In this document: piece after piece, positions 38,126 through 51,396 of the stretch
How the letters are laid out: each line of letters starts with the position of its first letter
Numbering within the stretch: position 1 is the stretch's first letter
NCBI GenBank assembly: GCA_965113315.1
Contig: OZ220368.1
Source: Podarcis vaucheri
Lineage: Eukaryota
Reading direction: 5' to 3' (one strand)
Length of the DNA stretch: 64,000 bases
Translations under genes and position numbers: made by a program
Notes under the pieces: model-generated
What the model was told of the DNA's origin: nothing
Database searches by the model: none
The model's input: only the letters and a program-made list of their open reading frames with translations

Positions 38126-40124
38126 ATTTAAATGCCCAGCTGATCACCGGGCTCTTCAGGTGAGGGTCTCTTGCAGATGTCAGCTCATCAGCATGTCAGG
38201 ATGCCTGTCACGAGTATCCACTCTGACTCAACTTGGATAGGGTGGTCAAATCATTCATTCATTTTCTGTACTGCCCTTCATCTGAAGTTCACAAGGCAGT
38301 GTACAATACAAACACACCAAAATACATGCCGCAATAGCAAACAAAAACAACACTGCCCCCCCCAACACACACAGATTAAAAGCCCATAGATGAAGCAGCA
38401 AAAATTGGCTTGGAACCTTTGGGCCAGGGTAGTGAACTTGGTGCCATTCAGATGTTGTTGGGGCTCCAGTTCCCACTGGTCCAAGCCAACGTGGCTTACG
38501 GTTGGGAATGATGGTGAGTCACAGTTCAACAATATCTGGAGGGCATCATGGTAGCTCTTGCTGTATTAGGCAAAGTGAGGCAGCTGATTCTGGGTGTCAT
38601 GAAAAGGCAGTAAACTGTGAGTTACTCGAGTTGCTGTCGTTGCATTGTTACTGCTTGGAAGAGGGAGAGGCAGTTGTAGAATATTCTGATTCAGGTGCCA
38701 AAATAACTTGAGCAGCCTTGGGTACTATATACCATGATTGGATTGCTGCCTCAGGCAGCAAAAAGTGTTAGGCTGGCATTGGAACCAAACCTGTAATGCT
38801 GCGTGCTTTTAGGCATCTGTGTAGTTTACTCTCATGTTGTCCTATTAGACAACAGGGCTGTATTGACTGGTGTGACACACTGCAGAATATGCGAACTGCT
38901 GATTTGAGAACGTGGGCATTTTCTCATTTTAGTGGAGCACCAAATTACCCAGATGCCTTGCATTTTGTAGTGCATCCACTGCAATCTAATTCAATCACTT
39001 ATTTTCTACACACTCGTTTTATCCCATTATTTGAGATTTCCTTTGCTTTTAATCCTGTACTTCAGGGAGCCCCTTAGTTCCACTGGAAATGCAGAGAACT
39101 CTGATATGGTAAATAAAAGAACAAATCTGCTGTAATAAAGCTCAGCATTCCTCTAAATCAATCAGCTTTCTTTCCCCCAGTGGACAGCATAAAGCCAGGC
39201 AAGTGACTCTTCTTTCATCTGTTGATTAAAAATGGTTCCTTCAGCTTAGCTAAAATTGGAGCCCATGCAGGTAATGCTTTCCATAGGGCTGCCATTCTAG
39301 AAGCACATTAACCAAAAGAAGTGCATCAAAAGACACATTAGATATCTGTGAACTGAAGAAGAGGTTAATTTCATTCTATCTCTCTAACTGCCCACCCCCA
39401 TAAGAAATGAAAGAAGAAATTGCTCATTATGCATTGTCCATAGGAATTAATGGGGGGGGGGAGACTTTTTCTGAACACATCTTGTAATTGGAGTATATAG
39501 CTGGATTTTTATGTATTCAAAATATTTATAATGTTTAATTGACCGGGTTTTTAAAGCTAAAGAAGCAATGAGGAACCAGCCCCAGCCAGCATGGCCAATG
39601 ATCAGGGACAGCAGGAGTTTAGAATGCAACGGTTTATGGAGGGCACCATGTTAGCTACTCCTCTTTAGCTTCTGCCCAGATTTAGCATGTTTGAGTCATA
39701 TGGGATTCAGTAGAAGAAATCTGAAATGTGTTTAACTTTTCCATTTAGATTAGTGACTCAGTTTTGACTGGGCCATGTTTATGATAATCATGTCGTATTT
39801 CATAATGGTATAAGATTTCCTGCTAGTTAGTCATTGTTTTTTATTTTTTCTATTTTTATTTTTGAACTGTGTACCTTTTAAAGGCAGCTTATCTTTCATC
39901 ATGCCAAACACTAAGATAGCACATAGGATCTATAAAATCAAACCCTAAATATTATGCACAGTTGCTGAAGCAACCAATATGACAGCAACCAATAGCATCT
40001 GCATTTGTTTTTATTTTGTGTTATTCTTCACAAAATAAGTGATGCCCAACCTGGTGATAACAGAATAAATGGTGTAAGAAGGGAGCTGCAGCCCAAGACA
40101 GGAAAAGAGGTGGTAAGGTCATGA

Positions 40125-40485
40125 GCATTTAGAAAAGGATGCTGTGATTACTAAGACCCAGCATGGGTTTCTCAAAAATAAGTCATGCCAGACCAATCTG
40201 ATTTCTTTTTTTTGATGGAATTACAAACTTGGTAGATCAGGGAAATGCTGTGGGCATCGTGTATCTTGATTTCAGTAAGGCTTTTGACAAAGTCCCCCAT
40301 GATATTCTCGTGAGGAAACTGCTAAAATGTAGGTTGAACAAGGTAACTGTTAGGTGGATTTGTAGCTGGTTGACCCAAACCCAAAGAGTACCCAAAGAGT
40401 ACTCATTAATGGTTCTTCATCATCCTGGAAAACAGTGACAAGTGGGGTGCCGCAAGATTCTGACCTGAGCCCATTGTTGTTCAGT
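40125..40485 (+). mobile_element. CR1 LINE reverse transcriptase fragment (degenerate)
   Basis: QHGFLKNKSCQTNLISF...VYLDFSKAFDKVPH...WICSWL...SGVPQ, with frameshifts. Confidence 0.88.
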
Positions 40486-40599
40486 GCCTACCAAGTTATG
40501 TGTCCAAACGTATTATAAGAAAACAGCATCAGCAAGTATGTGAGCAAAATTTGGGGAAAGCATTTTACTAGTATTTATATTAAAATATAAGCATTGGGA

Positions 40600-40945
40600 G
40601 ACTCTTGAGAGTCCCATGGACTGCAAGAAGATCAAACCTATCCATTCTTAAGGAAATCAGCCCTGAGTGCTCACTGGAAGGACAGATTGTGAAGCTGAGG
40701 CTCCAAAACTTTGGCCACCTCATGAGAAGAGAAGACTCCCTGGAAAAGACCCTGATGTTGGGAAAGATGGAGGGCACAAGGAGAAGGGGACAACAGAGGA
40801 TGAGATGGTTGGATGGTGTTTGCAAAGCTACCAGCATGAGTTTGACCAAACTGTGGGAGGCAGTGGAAGACAGAAATGCCTGGCATGCTCTGGTCCATGG
40901 TCTCACGAAGAGTGGGACACGACTAAACGACTAAACAACAACAAC
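40600..40945 (+). mobile_element. BovB (RTE) LINE 3' fragment
   Basis: RVPWTARRSNLSILKEISPECSLEG...LEKTLMLGK.EG.RRRG.QRMRWLDG...RLND* followed by a (CAA)n tail. 13-bp TSD ataag(c/t)attggga at 40587-40599 and 40946-40958. Confidence 0.92.
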
Positions 40946-42195
40946 ATAAGTATTGGGATTTTTATTAAGCTGGCTTTTAGTTAAGAGATAAGTAGTGCAC
41001 CATGCGTAGCAGTAAGTCTTCTAACAGTTTCAGTTGGTTCATGTTTTTTTTAAAAAAAATCATTAAGTTGAAATTAAGTCATGAGTGGCTATATATCATG
41101 AAGCATATGTACCTGTCTTTGCTGCTCGATATGCCCTTGATTGACTGCCATCCTTTCTGTCATATGTAATTATCTTATCCAGCTGGTTTTCTCTTGCCGT
41201 GAGATTAAAACTCTTTAAGATACTTATTTGCTGTGGGCTTAAAAGAGTTCTCTCTCCAGTACTGAAAGTTTGTCTACCACCTGTCACTACTGAAGTAGTG
41301 TGAGAGTTGAATGTGATTCCTGCTTCTGAGAATTGTGCATTTAAACGCAAAATACAGTCAAGGCAGATACATGTCATTAGCTTCAGGGAACTCAAGTTCA
41401 GTATCCAGTGTGGTGGCTTAAGGCTCAGGATGTATTTATTTATTATTTATATTTTAGGTTAGTTTTCTGCCAAAAAGCCTTCATCAAAATCATCTGATAA
41501 GGACAGGAGAGACTGCTGGATCAGGCCAATGGGCCAACCGGTACAGGATACTGTTTTTCACAATGGCTAACCTGATGCCTGTATCCAGAAGAACATGTGT
41601 GCAATGGCACTCCATCAGAATACCCCAAAATAATGCCAGTCAATAACAGTTAAAGGTACAAGAGCAGCAAAAAGCTCCAAACTGCAGCTGCAGAATTTTG
41701 AAACAGCTAAACCATGTGAAAAAAATACTGCATTAAAACGCATGAACATCTGCAGTATGGAATGAATGGTCCTCCAAGGAAACAGAGATACAGCTTACCC
41801 TATACCTACCTCCCATGAATTGATATGATGAAATACAGACACTGCCGCTGAAAGTAATGTGCAGGCAACTCACACAGAGGTTATGTTCCCGTGCGCGTAA
41901 GTGAAATCATGTAAAGTTGGGGAACACCCGGATTTAATGGGGAGGGTGCGCAGGGAGGAGAGAGGGAGAAAGAGAGAGACTCCCCCTGGAAGTTGCTTGG
42001 GGCCACTGCCCAGCCTTTCCCTGCCTGCCTTAGCGGAGACAGTGCACACAGCTGGCCACAGAGGGTGAGAAGGTGCCCAGCAGAAATGGTGCCAGGATGG
42101 GAGCGCGGATACACGGCGGAGCAGCGGGGGGGGAGGTCTCCCCCCCCGCATCACTGGTCGACCGAAGGCTACCTTCCCTCACTTGGGCAGCAGCT

Positions 42196-42380
42196 NNNNN
42201 NNNNNNNNNNNNNNNNNNNNNNNNNNNNNNNNNNNNNNNNNNNNNNNNNNNNNNNNNNNNNNNNNNNNNNNNNNNNNNNNNNNNNNNNNNNNNNNNNNNN
42301 NNNNNNNNNNNNNNNNNNNNNNNNNNNNNNNNNNNNNNNNNNNNNNNNNNNNNNNNNNNNNNNNNNNNNNNNNNNNNNNN
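42196..42380. other. Assembly gap (N run)
   Basis: 185 N. Confidence 1.
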
Positions 42381-42766
42381 GCTATATCTAGCTATCTATC
42401 ATCTATCTATCTATTTTGCGGTGACCTACATAAAAGCAGTCACACATGACACATGGGCCTTACTTTCTTTGTCTGGGAGTGCACTAGACACTTCCAGTGA
42501 TTTTGTGATAATTGCTTCCCCACCCCCAGCAAATATAGAAGCAGAGTATAAGTGGAAGCAAATACCAGGTACTCCTATAAAGTAACAGAGCAGTTACCCA
42601 ACATCGGATCCCAAGATATGCACTGCCCCCCCAAAATATGTTTAAGCTTCAAACCAATATGCACTACGGTCTCCTCCAAATTATTTCCACTCCTCCTTCA
42701 TATACCCCTCTATTCAGCTGGAGGAGTGTCATCTTCTTAAGCTCTGGTGGCTATCTCCTTAAAAAC

Positions 42767-42806
<40 letters not shown>

Positions 42807-42943
42807 CCAGTTGTGAAAAGACCCATTCCTTTTATCACCTTCCATCGAGAAATCATCAACCAGACATCATGGGCTATTAGCCTAAAACCAGATCTGTCAT
42901 CCATGTAACAGCCCAGCTGTAGACTAAGTAGCTTCCTAGAAAA

Positions 42944-43120
42944 TCAGTGTGGTGTGGGGATCAGAACGTTGGACTAGGATTGGGAAAACTCAGCTTCAAA
43001 TATCACATTAAACTATGAAGCTGACTGGGTGACCTTTGTCCAGTCACTATCTTTCAGCCAAATCTACCTCAATACATGAACAGGGGGAATAGGAGTATGC
43101 ATGCCACTCTGCACTCCTTG
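42944..43120 (+). mobile_element. Old CORE/MIR-like SINE remnant (related remnant at about 13790-14000, - strand)
   Basis: cagtgtggtgtggg...gactgggtgacctttgtccagtcac...ctacctca core. Confidence 0.5.
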
Positions 43121-45194
43121 GATATAACCACCGGGCAACCCCTTGATCATTTGATGGAAGAATGTTTTTAACTGTAATTAAGCTAATCTTTCAAACTCTA
43201 ATAATGATTGAAGATGGAACTTTTCAATTAATAGGGTTCTCTCACTCTGCTTTTCTGCTCTTTTCTTCTTCTAGGTTCTCTAGTTTATTGATGCCTTTGA
43301 TCTAGCACTGGCAACTTACATTAGTTTAACCCAAAGGATGTATCACAATACGATACATCGTGCGGTTTATATAATGGACTTAGGGCTATTGCCTGAATAA
43401 AGAAATCTATAGCCAATTGATCATATGGGTTTTAATCAATTAGTCAGTGCATTTGAGTAAAAATATTAGTTCTGAAGGCACTTTATCCTACCTTTTTCAG
43501 ATGATGTGCACATGGGCTACTGCAATCACCACCTTAGAATATAGATTTCCTTCTGTGTGGCAAATAAGGGGGGTGGGATACCTCTTCTAAGATGGCGCCT
43601 GACATCTACCGGTTTTGTAAATGCTGTTGTTAAAAAGTAATTAACTTTTTTTAAAAAAAGAAAAGCCTTCTCCTTGATTAATTTTAACTGTTCAAAGGTT
43701 TTTAATTAAAATCTAACTGATTAATTGATTAAATGTTACAGCCTTAAATGAACTTGATGACCTTAGAGGTCACATTCCTGTGATTCCACAACGTTGGCTT
43801 GGTAGTTATTGAATTTGTCTAATGATATTGTTCACTGCATACCTGCTTCGGCAGAGGAACCACAAAACCAGAACACAGCTGCTAGTTTGACTGGCGTGCA
43901 GATTCTATTTTTGTGAGAGTTTTCTGAATGTAGACTACATGATGATGACATAAATCAAGACTTTGCTTTCCTCACGGGGTGGACTGAATTTACTATCTTC
44001 TTCCTTCTTTCCAGTGCATAGTCAGTTCTGTCAGTGACTTATCTGAAAAGGTATTAAAGATTTCTTCCTTAACAGTGCATACTGTATACTGATGATCATT
44101 TTGCTTAAAGAATGGGAGGCCTTGACCCAAGGAGCTTACGATTTGAAAACAGATGCATGTTTATATTAATTTTGCATGTCAGCAAAAACCTACTAATAGA
44201 AAGGCAGGCTAGACAACACATGTCCTCTGAAATATTAAAGAGTAGTGTTGTGTGTGCTAAATAAAACAACCCTTGGTAAAATATTTAAAAATAAACATTG
44301 AACTTCACCTTTCCTCACAAATTTTTCTACAACTTGTCTCACACACAACTTAACTATTTTTTTAAAAATAAAAACTCGGTAGCAGACCCCCCCATGCCTA
44401 AAATAAGTAGTGTTAGCATTCACATTGACCTTCCATTATGGATTCTTTGGGGCAATCATCCTTTCTAGAGAAAATTTCCATGACAGCACAATGCTTGATC
44501 TTGTCGATATCTATTATACTAGCCAACATGGGTCATTTATCAACATTCATTTTGAATGTATATCAGAAAAACTTCAGGACAGGGGCTTCAATGAGTAATT
44601 CCAGTGAACAGCGCTGTGGTGAATATGCATTGTGCACAGAAATGTGTTTAATACTGGCATTACCCATATATTTGGTTTTGATTTTCCAAATAATTAAGGC
44701 GAAAATAGAGGATGTTGTTATTGTAGTGGTTCACACATGGGATATTTATTTATATTTATTTATTTATATTTCTTAAATTTGTATGCCGCCCTTCATCCAA
44801 AGATCACAGTGCACAACATAAAAATACAAAACGAGAACACAAAATGCATAATGAAACAAAAACAAACCAATAAACTCCCCTCCCACAAACACATTTTAAA
44901 AAACATTTAGAATGTTAATCAGCCGAAGGTTCTATATGAACTAAGAGTATGGTCTCTGTCCTGAGAAATGTACTGTGTACAGTTGAGCACAGTTAAAGTA
45001 CCTCAGTAGGACCAAAGGAGAAAGAAGATATAATAGCTGAAGCATATATATGTGAAGAAATGCTCCTCTCCACAGCACATAGCTTAAGTGCAGCGTATGA
45101 AAAGTTTTCTGGAATATTTTAAGAGGCACTTGAAAGAGAGGGCATGCCAGCATTATATATATATTTTTATTAAAGATTTTCTTGTTTTACAGAA

Positions 45195-45283
45195 TAAAAA
45201 AATTCCTTCCAGTAGCGCCTTAAAGACCAACTAAGTTAGTTCTTGGTATGAGCTTTCGTGTGCATGCACACTTCTTCAGATAC
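45195..45283 (-). mobile_element. 89-bp PLE-derived hammerhead mini-insertion with an 11-bp target-site duplication
   Basis: Flanked by gttttacagaa at 45184-45194 and 45284-45294. Reverse complement of the element starting at 17596. Confidence 0.85.
45246..45283 (-). ncRNA. Minimal type I hammerhead ribozyme motif (second family, antisense to AGBL4)
   Basis: Reverse complement reads GUAU CUGAAGA A GUGUGCAUGCACAC GAAA GCUC AUAC, identical to 17596-17633. Confidence 0.85.
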
Positions 45284-48200
45284 GTTTTACAGAAGTATGT
45301 GTAATGTCTCTCGTATTTTTTCCATGTAACTTTTTTACAAATTGGTTTCATTTGTTGAGACATTAGGAAGAAAAGGGGTGGAGGGGGAAGATGGGTGGGG
45401 GTGGGGTCGGGTGGCGATGTTTCTATATTGCTGAATGTATGTAGGGTTTGGTGTCAGCGTTGCTCGTGCAGGTTCTCTGCTGTTCACTTGTGTTCCTTTG
45501 TTTGTGATTGGCTGTGGCGATCTTTGTTTTCGTGTGTGAGTGGGGTGGGTGGGTGGGCATGCCAGCATTATATAAAGGAATTCAATGTGTTATGAGCATA
45601 CAGAAGGAATGGTGAAACCATGGGATACGTTTAGTGTGAGCAACCTGAATAGGTAAGATGTATAATTTTTACAACAAAGTTTTGGTCATAGATCAAGGAA
45701 GCTTAAAGGAACACTACAAAGGGAAATACAAGAGATCAACAGGCGATATCACATGTCTGACACCAAAGTTGTAGAGAAGCCTGAATCTGTTCAAAGCATT
45801 AGGAGAGTAAAACTATGTCTGTGTGTCCCTCCCCCACCCCACTTTTTTGTGTACAGTTAGTAGACTGTGTTTGAAGAAGGAGGGCATCAAATAAATAAAG
45901 CGTATTCTTTTTGGTACTGCCCATTGCCTCTGTAATAAATCAGACTATTGGCTTACAAAATTTGCAAAGCTTGCTATGAATTTGACTGAAATACCACTTC
46001 TGTGTGAGCTCTAATAAATTATTCTACGTATATTTATTTATTACAGTAACACTAGAGTCTAAAGCTGCATTTGAATCTGTGCCTATATTATTACTTGTTG
46101 TATGTTGTGCCAACCTATAACACAATATGGTTTTCAGTAGTTGTGGCTCAAGCATATCTAATATGCTTACTTTTTGCTTCCAAATCTTTTTCTGAGTCCA
46201 TGGATTTGGGATAGGCATGAGTGTGATGTGGAGGTGCCATAAAAAAAGACTGTATTGAGCATTGGTTTGAAAATCTTCACTATTTAATTCTGGTCTTAGG
46301 CGACAGGTAAATCTCCTAGAAGACTAGCTGGCTATCCACAACATTTTTCAGTATCTTACCGTATCTTATAGTTCTTATGCAATAAGAAGAGGGCAATCTT
46401 GAATTTAGTACCAGCAGTAACTTTATGTCCTGAGAAGCAACTCATGCATTCTTTTGCATATGCAACCAGACAGTAATATATTTCAGATTATCCTAATTCA
46501 TCCTGTCTGAGCTGAAAGAATGATGGTTATTTATGCTTGAGTCTAGCAATGCAATGGAGAGCTGTTTTCTTTTTGAATTTCCATTGGTTCCTTCCAAGTT
46601 TTATTTGGATACTACCAAAAGAACAGCTGTGGTGTTATTATCTTTTATTTTTGCATGTGATTTTCCATTCAGTCCAATGGAGGAAGCAAATATATGTTCA
46701 TAAAAATATGTGAGTTATAGCCAGTTATGTCTCCCTGCAAGTGGAATAGACATCCATGAGTGGAATGACCTCCCTCTCAATTCCTTTACTTTCCCCTCCA
46801 GCCCATGTGCCCCCCAAATATTCTTTGGGGAGTTGGGAAATGCTCCTGAGCAGATGTGGGGCACATGGGGGAGGAGAGGAAAGGGGTCCAGTCACCTGAG
46901 TGAAAGTCCATTCGAGTGATGTTTGATATCACATTCTGCATATAGATACAGTTCTTTTACTGACATAAATAGAGAAGTATCCAGCAGAGCTATGCATATT
47001 TATTAGAGCAGTACAAGCCCAATACATTTTGTTCCCATAAGCAGAGCCCAAATAGTTTGTTCAGTCCATACTGGGGTCACCATTTTGTTCTATCCAAACA
47101 ACAGTTCCTACCCCCATGGCACCACCTGAAGCAGGGCACTCAACCCTAATGCATGGGAGGGCTGGACCTGTATAAATTCATCCAGAACTGAATGCTAGTT
47201 TGAGGAATTGATCTTTTAGCCATCAAGACATCTTTCCCCCCTCCTTCTTTCAAAACTAACTTACTTATATTTCATGTTTGGTTTGCTGATTCAATCTGGA
47301 TCACACCATTTGACCAGGAGCAGCATAATAATTCCAAAATCCAAAGAAATATATGGGAATACATTTTTTATTATTTTTTTAAAAATAGGGCACTAATTGG
47401 CAACCCAATTAATCTGCTCATCTGTGAAGAGAAAATATATTGCAACAAGTAGTTCCATTTCCAGAAGTCATTCTCAGAGGTAACATTATAGTGGTCTTGT
47501 TTTCTTCCAGCACTGCAACACGGTCCAACGCCTCAACAGTAGCATAGGTCAATTAGTGGACAAATTAAGCAATTATTAGCCACTAACAAGGGTGACTGGC
47601 ATCATTAGTCTTCCTGTTTACCAGCAAACTGTTATTCTAATAGAAGGACCAACAAATAAATTAGGGCATCTGTTCTATCACAGTGTCTGTCTTCAAGTAA
47701 ATTATATTAAATGGACCTGGTTTCTGCCAGATTCTTCACCTTAGTTTAACGAAATACAAGATATGTTTCTTGCTGATTATAGAAGATGTAAGTTTTAGTT
47801 TGCATTGATTAATTAACACAACAAGCAAATTATTTTAGTTTTAAATCTTCTTGATCTGAAGGCTATCATCTTCATCTGAAAGAAAAGCTTTGAGTCCTCA
47901 CTATAATTTGATTGTGGGGTATTAACATACATATAAGGAAGGTTTCATTTGCATCTTTGTCATGATGATCAATAGACCATTTCTTTCTTGTCTTTAGAAC
48001 TGAGATTTGCCTTTGACTTTTGCTATAAAGGTTTTAAGATACAATCTTCACTGAAGGCTGTCATAATGTTTGTTTTTGTTTTTCTTGAAGCTGGGTATAT
48101 ATATATATGCCTATTTCCCCATCCTCTCAGCAATTTCTTTTGTCTCAAAACCTCTCAGAGAAAAAGGAAAACATAATGGGAAAAACATTTGGGAAATGTA

Positions 48201-49211
48201 GTTCAAATAAGGCAGATGTATACGGTCCCAGTTTTTAACGCAGAATAATTGGAAACACAGAAACAGCATGCTTTATGGAATCTTGTATTGTTGAGGAAAG
48301 TGATTCATCTGTAACATCATGTTTACCTCACAATACTTGTACTGAAATGGTTTCCTCCATTTCTGCCACTGTAACTGCTTAGATCTGTTGTGTATAAAGC
48401 AAATACTCATTATGCCAAAATTGGTCAGTTTTGAGAGAGCATTGCTTTGAATCCTTCCCATCGCCATGTGCCTCAGTTCTGCCAAATGGATTTTTAATGT
48501 TCTTTCATGCAGTGCATATTAGTTTAACACCAAATGTTGACTGTATTATAAAAAAACAAAAAAGAGAGAAGGCTTTCCAAGGCATCCAATTAGTCTATGC
48601 CAACCCATTTTGGAGGTATAGTGAGAAGTTATATTTCTTTCGTATTCCATAGATCTTTTTCCTCTCCTATTTTAAACTATTCATATGCCTTTCTTTACTT
48701 CCCAGGAGAGATTATTCCAAAGTGTAACATCACATTAGAGAAGTTATGCTGATCAGATTTGATTCTCATTTCCAGTTTGCTTTAATCCAACCTGTTGCAG
48801 AAATTAAATGACAGACATGTTGGTAGGTGACAATTCAGTACAAGTGTTCAGCTTCACAGAGTAGCCTTTGGAATATATAGAGTAATTTGCCACATTTTCA
48901 CCGCACTTTCCCTCTAAATAGCCCAGGGCAGCTTACATGGGGTTATCTGATTTTATCATTGCATAAAACCTCTATGGTAAGTTAGGATGAGAGATTGTGA
49001 TAGACACAAATCTACTCACTTTGTGAGATACATGGCAAAAAGAAAATTTAGTTTCCCTGCTTCAAGTTCAGTATTAGAGACACAAGACTGCATTTGATCT
49101 TGATTAGAAAACTTCTGTGCCTTTAATGAATTATGTTGAAATTCCACATTCTCATTTAGGACCAAACTAGATGTGATACTAATTGTGTGAATGTAATTCA
49201 TAGGTATTCTA

Positions 49212-49569
49212 AAAGGTAAAGGTACCCCTGCCCGAACGGGCCAGTCTTGACAGACTCTGGGGTTTGTGCACCCATCTCACTCAAGAGGCCGGGGGCCAGT
49301 GCTGTCCGGAGACACTTCCGGGTCACGTGGCCAGCGTGACAAAGCTGCATCTGGCGAGCCAGCGCAGCACACGGAACGCCGTTTACCTTCCCGCTGGTAA
49401 GCGGTCCCTATTTATCTACTTGCACCCGGGGGTGATTTCGAACTGCTAGGTTGGCAGGCGCTGGGACCGAGCAGCGGGAGCGCACCCCGCCGCGGGGATT
49501 CGAACCGCCGACCTTTCGATCGGCAAGCCCTAGGCGCTGAGGCTTTTACCCACAGCGCCACCCGCGTCC
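49212..49569 (-). mobile_element. Sauria SINE, CpG-rich (young) variant
   Basis: Reverse complement begins ggacgcgggtggcgctgtggg...ggttcgaatccccgcggcgggg and ends acctttacctt. Confidence 0.88.
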
Positions 49570-50715
49570 TCTATATTCAGGGCCCCATACAAATTGGCCT
49601 CGCAGTATAAAATTGGAATACCTGTTGAATAATTTACTGTAGCGAAGCACAACTTGCTGCCTTGCAGATGCCCTAGACTGGGGCATTCACAAGAGGTCCT
49701 GTGTAGGCCATCCCACCGCACCACCCCTGAGCTCATAAGTAATCTTGCCAACTATAGCTATATGCCCAATGGATCAGTAGATCCTCCCAGCAGTGCATCT
49801 CAAGACATGATAACCCTAGAGTCCCCTAGCAAACACAAAGGAACTCACATCATCTCAAATCCTATTTGTAGAGAAGTTCCCTTCTGTTTAGTTGGTAGGA
49901 AAGCAGGAAAACCTTCTTGAGAGCTAAAGAATTCAGCGGTGGGAGGTATGGCTTGTGTTTGCACAGCTCTCCTACCTTCTAGGAGACCTCCTGTGTTTAT
50001 CAGCTTTCTGCTTTTCTTATTCATTTCTTTCTTTCCTTCCCTATGGTGACATTCTCTTGCAGTTAGTTTTAGCTGCTAAATTGTTCTCCAAGAAATGAGA
50101 GCGTAAGTAGAGCCTCAGGCCAGTGGCCCATTTACCCAGCATCTTGTTCTCACAATGAGCACCTTGGACCTGAACACAAGAGCACTCTCCCCTCTTGCAA
50201 CTGGTATCCCCCCCCCAAAAAATAGTGCCTTCGACTATGGAGGCAAAGCATAGGTGCTCCTCTGTATAAGTTTTTCTAGAAGTTTAATTTGTGCTTTCAG
50301 AGCAACTAAACAAAAAGGATAGTGTGACTAACTTCCCTTGATGGCAAATAATGATGGTGGTGGTGGTGATTTTATTTGTACCCTACCCATCTGACTGGGT
50401 TGCACCAGCAGCTATGGGTGACTTCCACCATATATAAAAGCATAATAAAACATCACACATCAAAAAAGCATAATATAACAGATTCCCTCAGACCCTGAGC
50501 AAGTTCTATTTTTTGCAGAATGGAATAGAGAAGGCAATGAAAAGTTCATAGCCCACATGACTCCACCCATAGCTCTCTGGAGTGCTTAAGGACCAACAGT
50601 GGCAAAAGCAGGCAGTCCCATGTGGGCAGATGCAGACAGTGTGTGGGCTGAATCAGTCTCTTCAGTGGGAAACTTCTGGCCATGGCCTAGCCCTACCTCT
50701 GCAATATCAAGTTAG

Positions 50716-50973
50716 GAGGAGGAGGAGCCAGTGTGGTGTAGTGGTTAAGAGCGGTAGTCTCGTAATCTGGGGAACCGGGTTCACGTCTCCGCTCCTCCAC
50801 ATGCAGCTGCTGGGTGACCTTGGGCCAGTCACACTTCTCTGAAGTCTCTCAGCCCCACTCACCTCACAGAGTGTTTGTTGTGGGGGAGGAAGGGAAAGGA
50901 GAATGTTAGCCGCTTTGAGACTCCTGAAGGGGAGTGAAAGGCGGGATATCAAATCCAAACTCCTCCTCCTCCT
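50716..50973 (+). mobile_element. tRNA-derived squamate SINE (Squam3-like) with a 14-bp TSD
   Basis: gagccagtgtggtgtagtggttaagagc head and (CTC)n tail. TSD caatatcaagttag at 50702-50715 and 50974-50987. Confidence 0.88.
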
Positions 50974-51396
50974 CAATATCAAGTTAGCTATGTCAAACTA
51001 GGTTAACATGAATATTCTGAGTATCGACAGTATCTAGTCTTTGACAAGACTTCAATTGCCTTCATTATTGGGCTTGCTGGATTGTATAGGCTGCAAAAGA
51101 GTATTTTTGATTCAAGTAATGCCTAAGTAACTCCTAAGTAACTTAAATTTATTCAGTTCAAGAAACATATCTCTTCTGCACCAACTTCAGTAAGTAGTAC
51201 AAAGCTTTTAGAGAGGCAGTGACCATAAAGCAGCCTTGTTGACTCATGACAGCATGTGGAAGAAATCTGTATGGTTGTCAGATATGTGCATACTGATTTT
51301 TGTACTGCTAAAATGTTTAATTGCATTTTATTTTTAATGTATTTTTATATCTTTTCATTGGATTGATTTTGATATCTTATAAGCTGTGGTGTGATC

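Larger units (their letters stand above)
45160..45554 (-). mobile_element. Non-LTR retroposon 3' fragment (possibly an L1/Tx1-like 3'UTR) with a 20-bp TSD
   Basis: TSD gggcatgccagcattatata at 45140-45159 and 45555-45574. The minus strand ends in AATAAA plus an A-rich tail. Family not identified. Confidence 0.7.

Noticed and set aside
41993-42585. ORFs spanning the N gap (also 19687-19980)
   Set aside because: Open only because of unknown bases.
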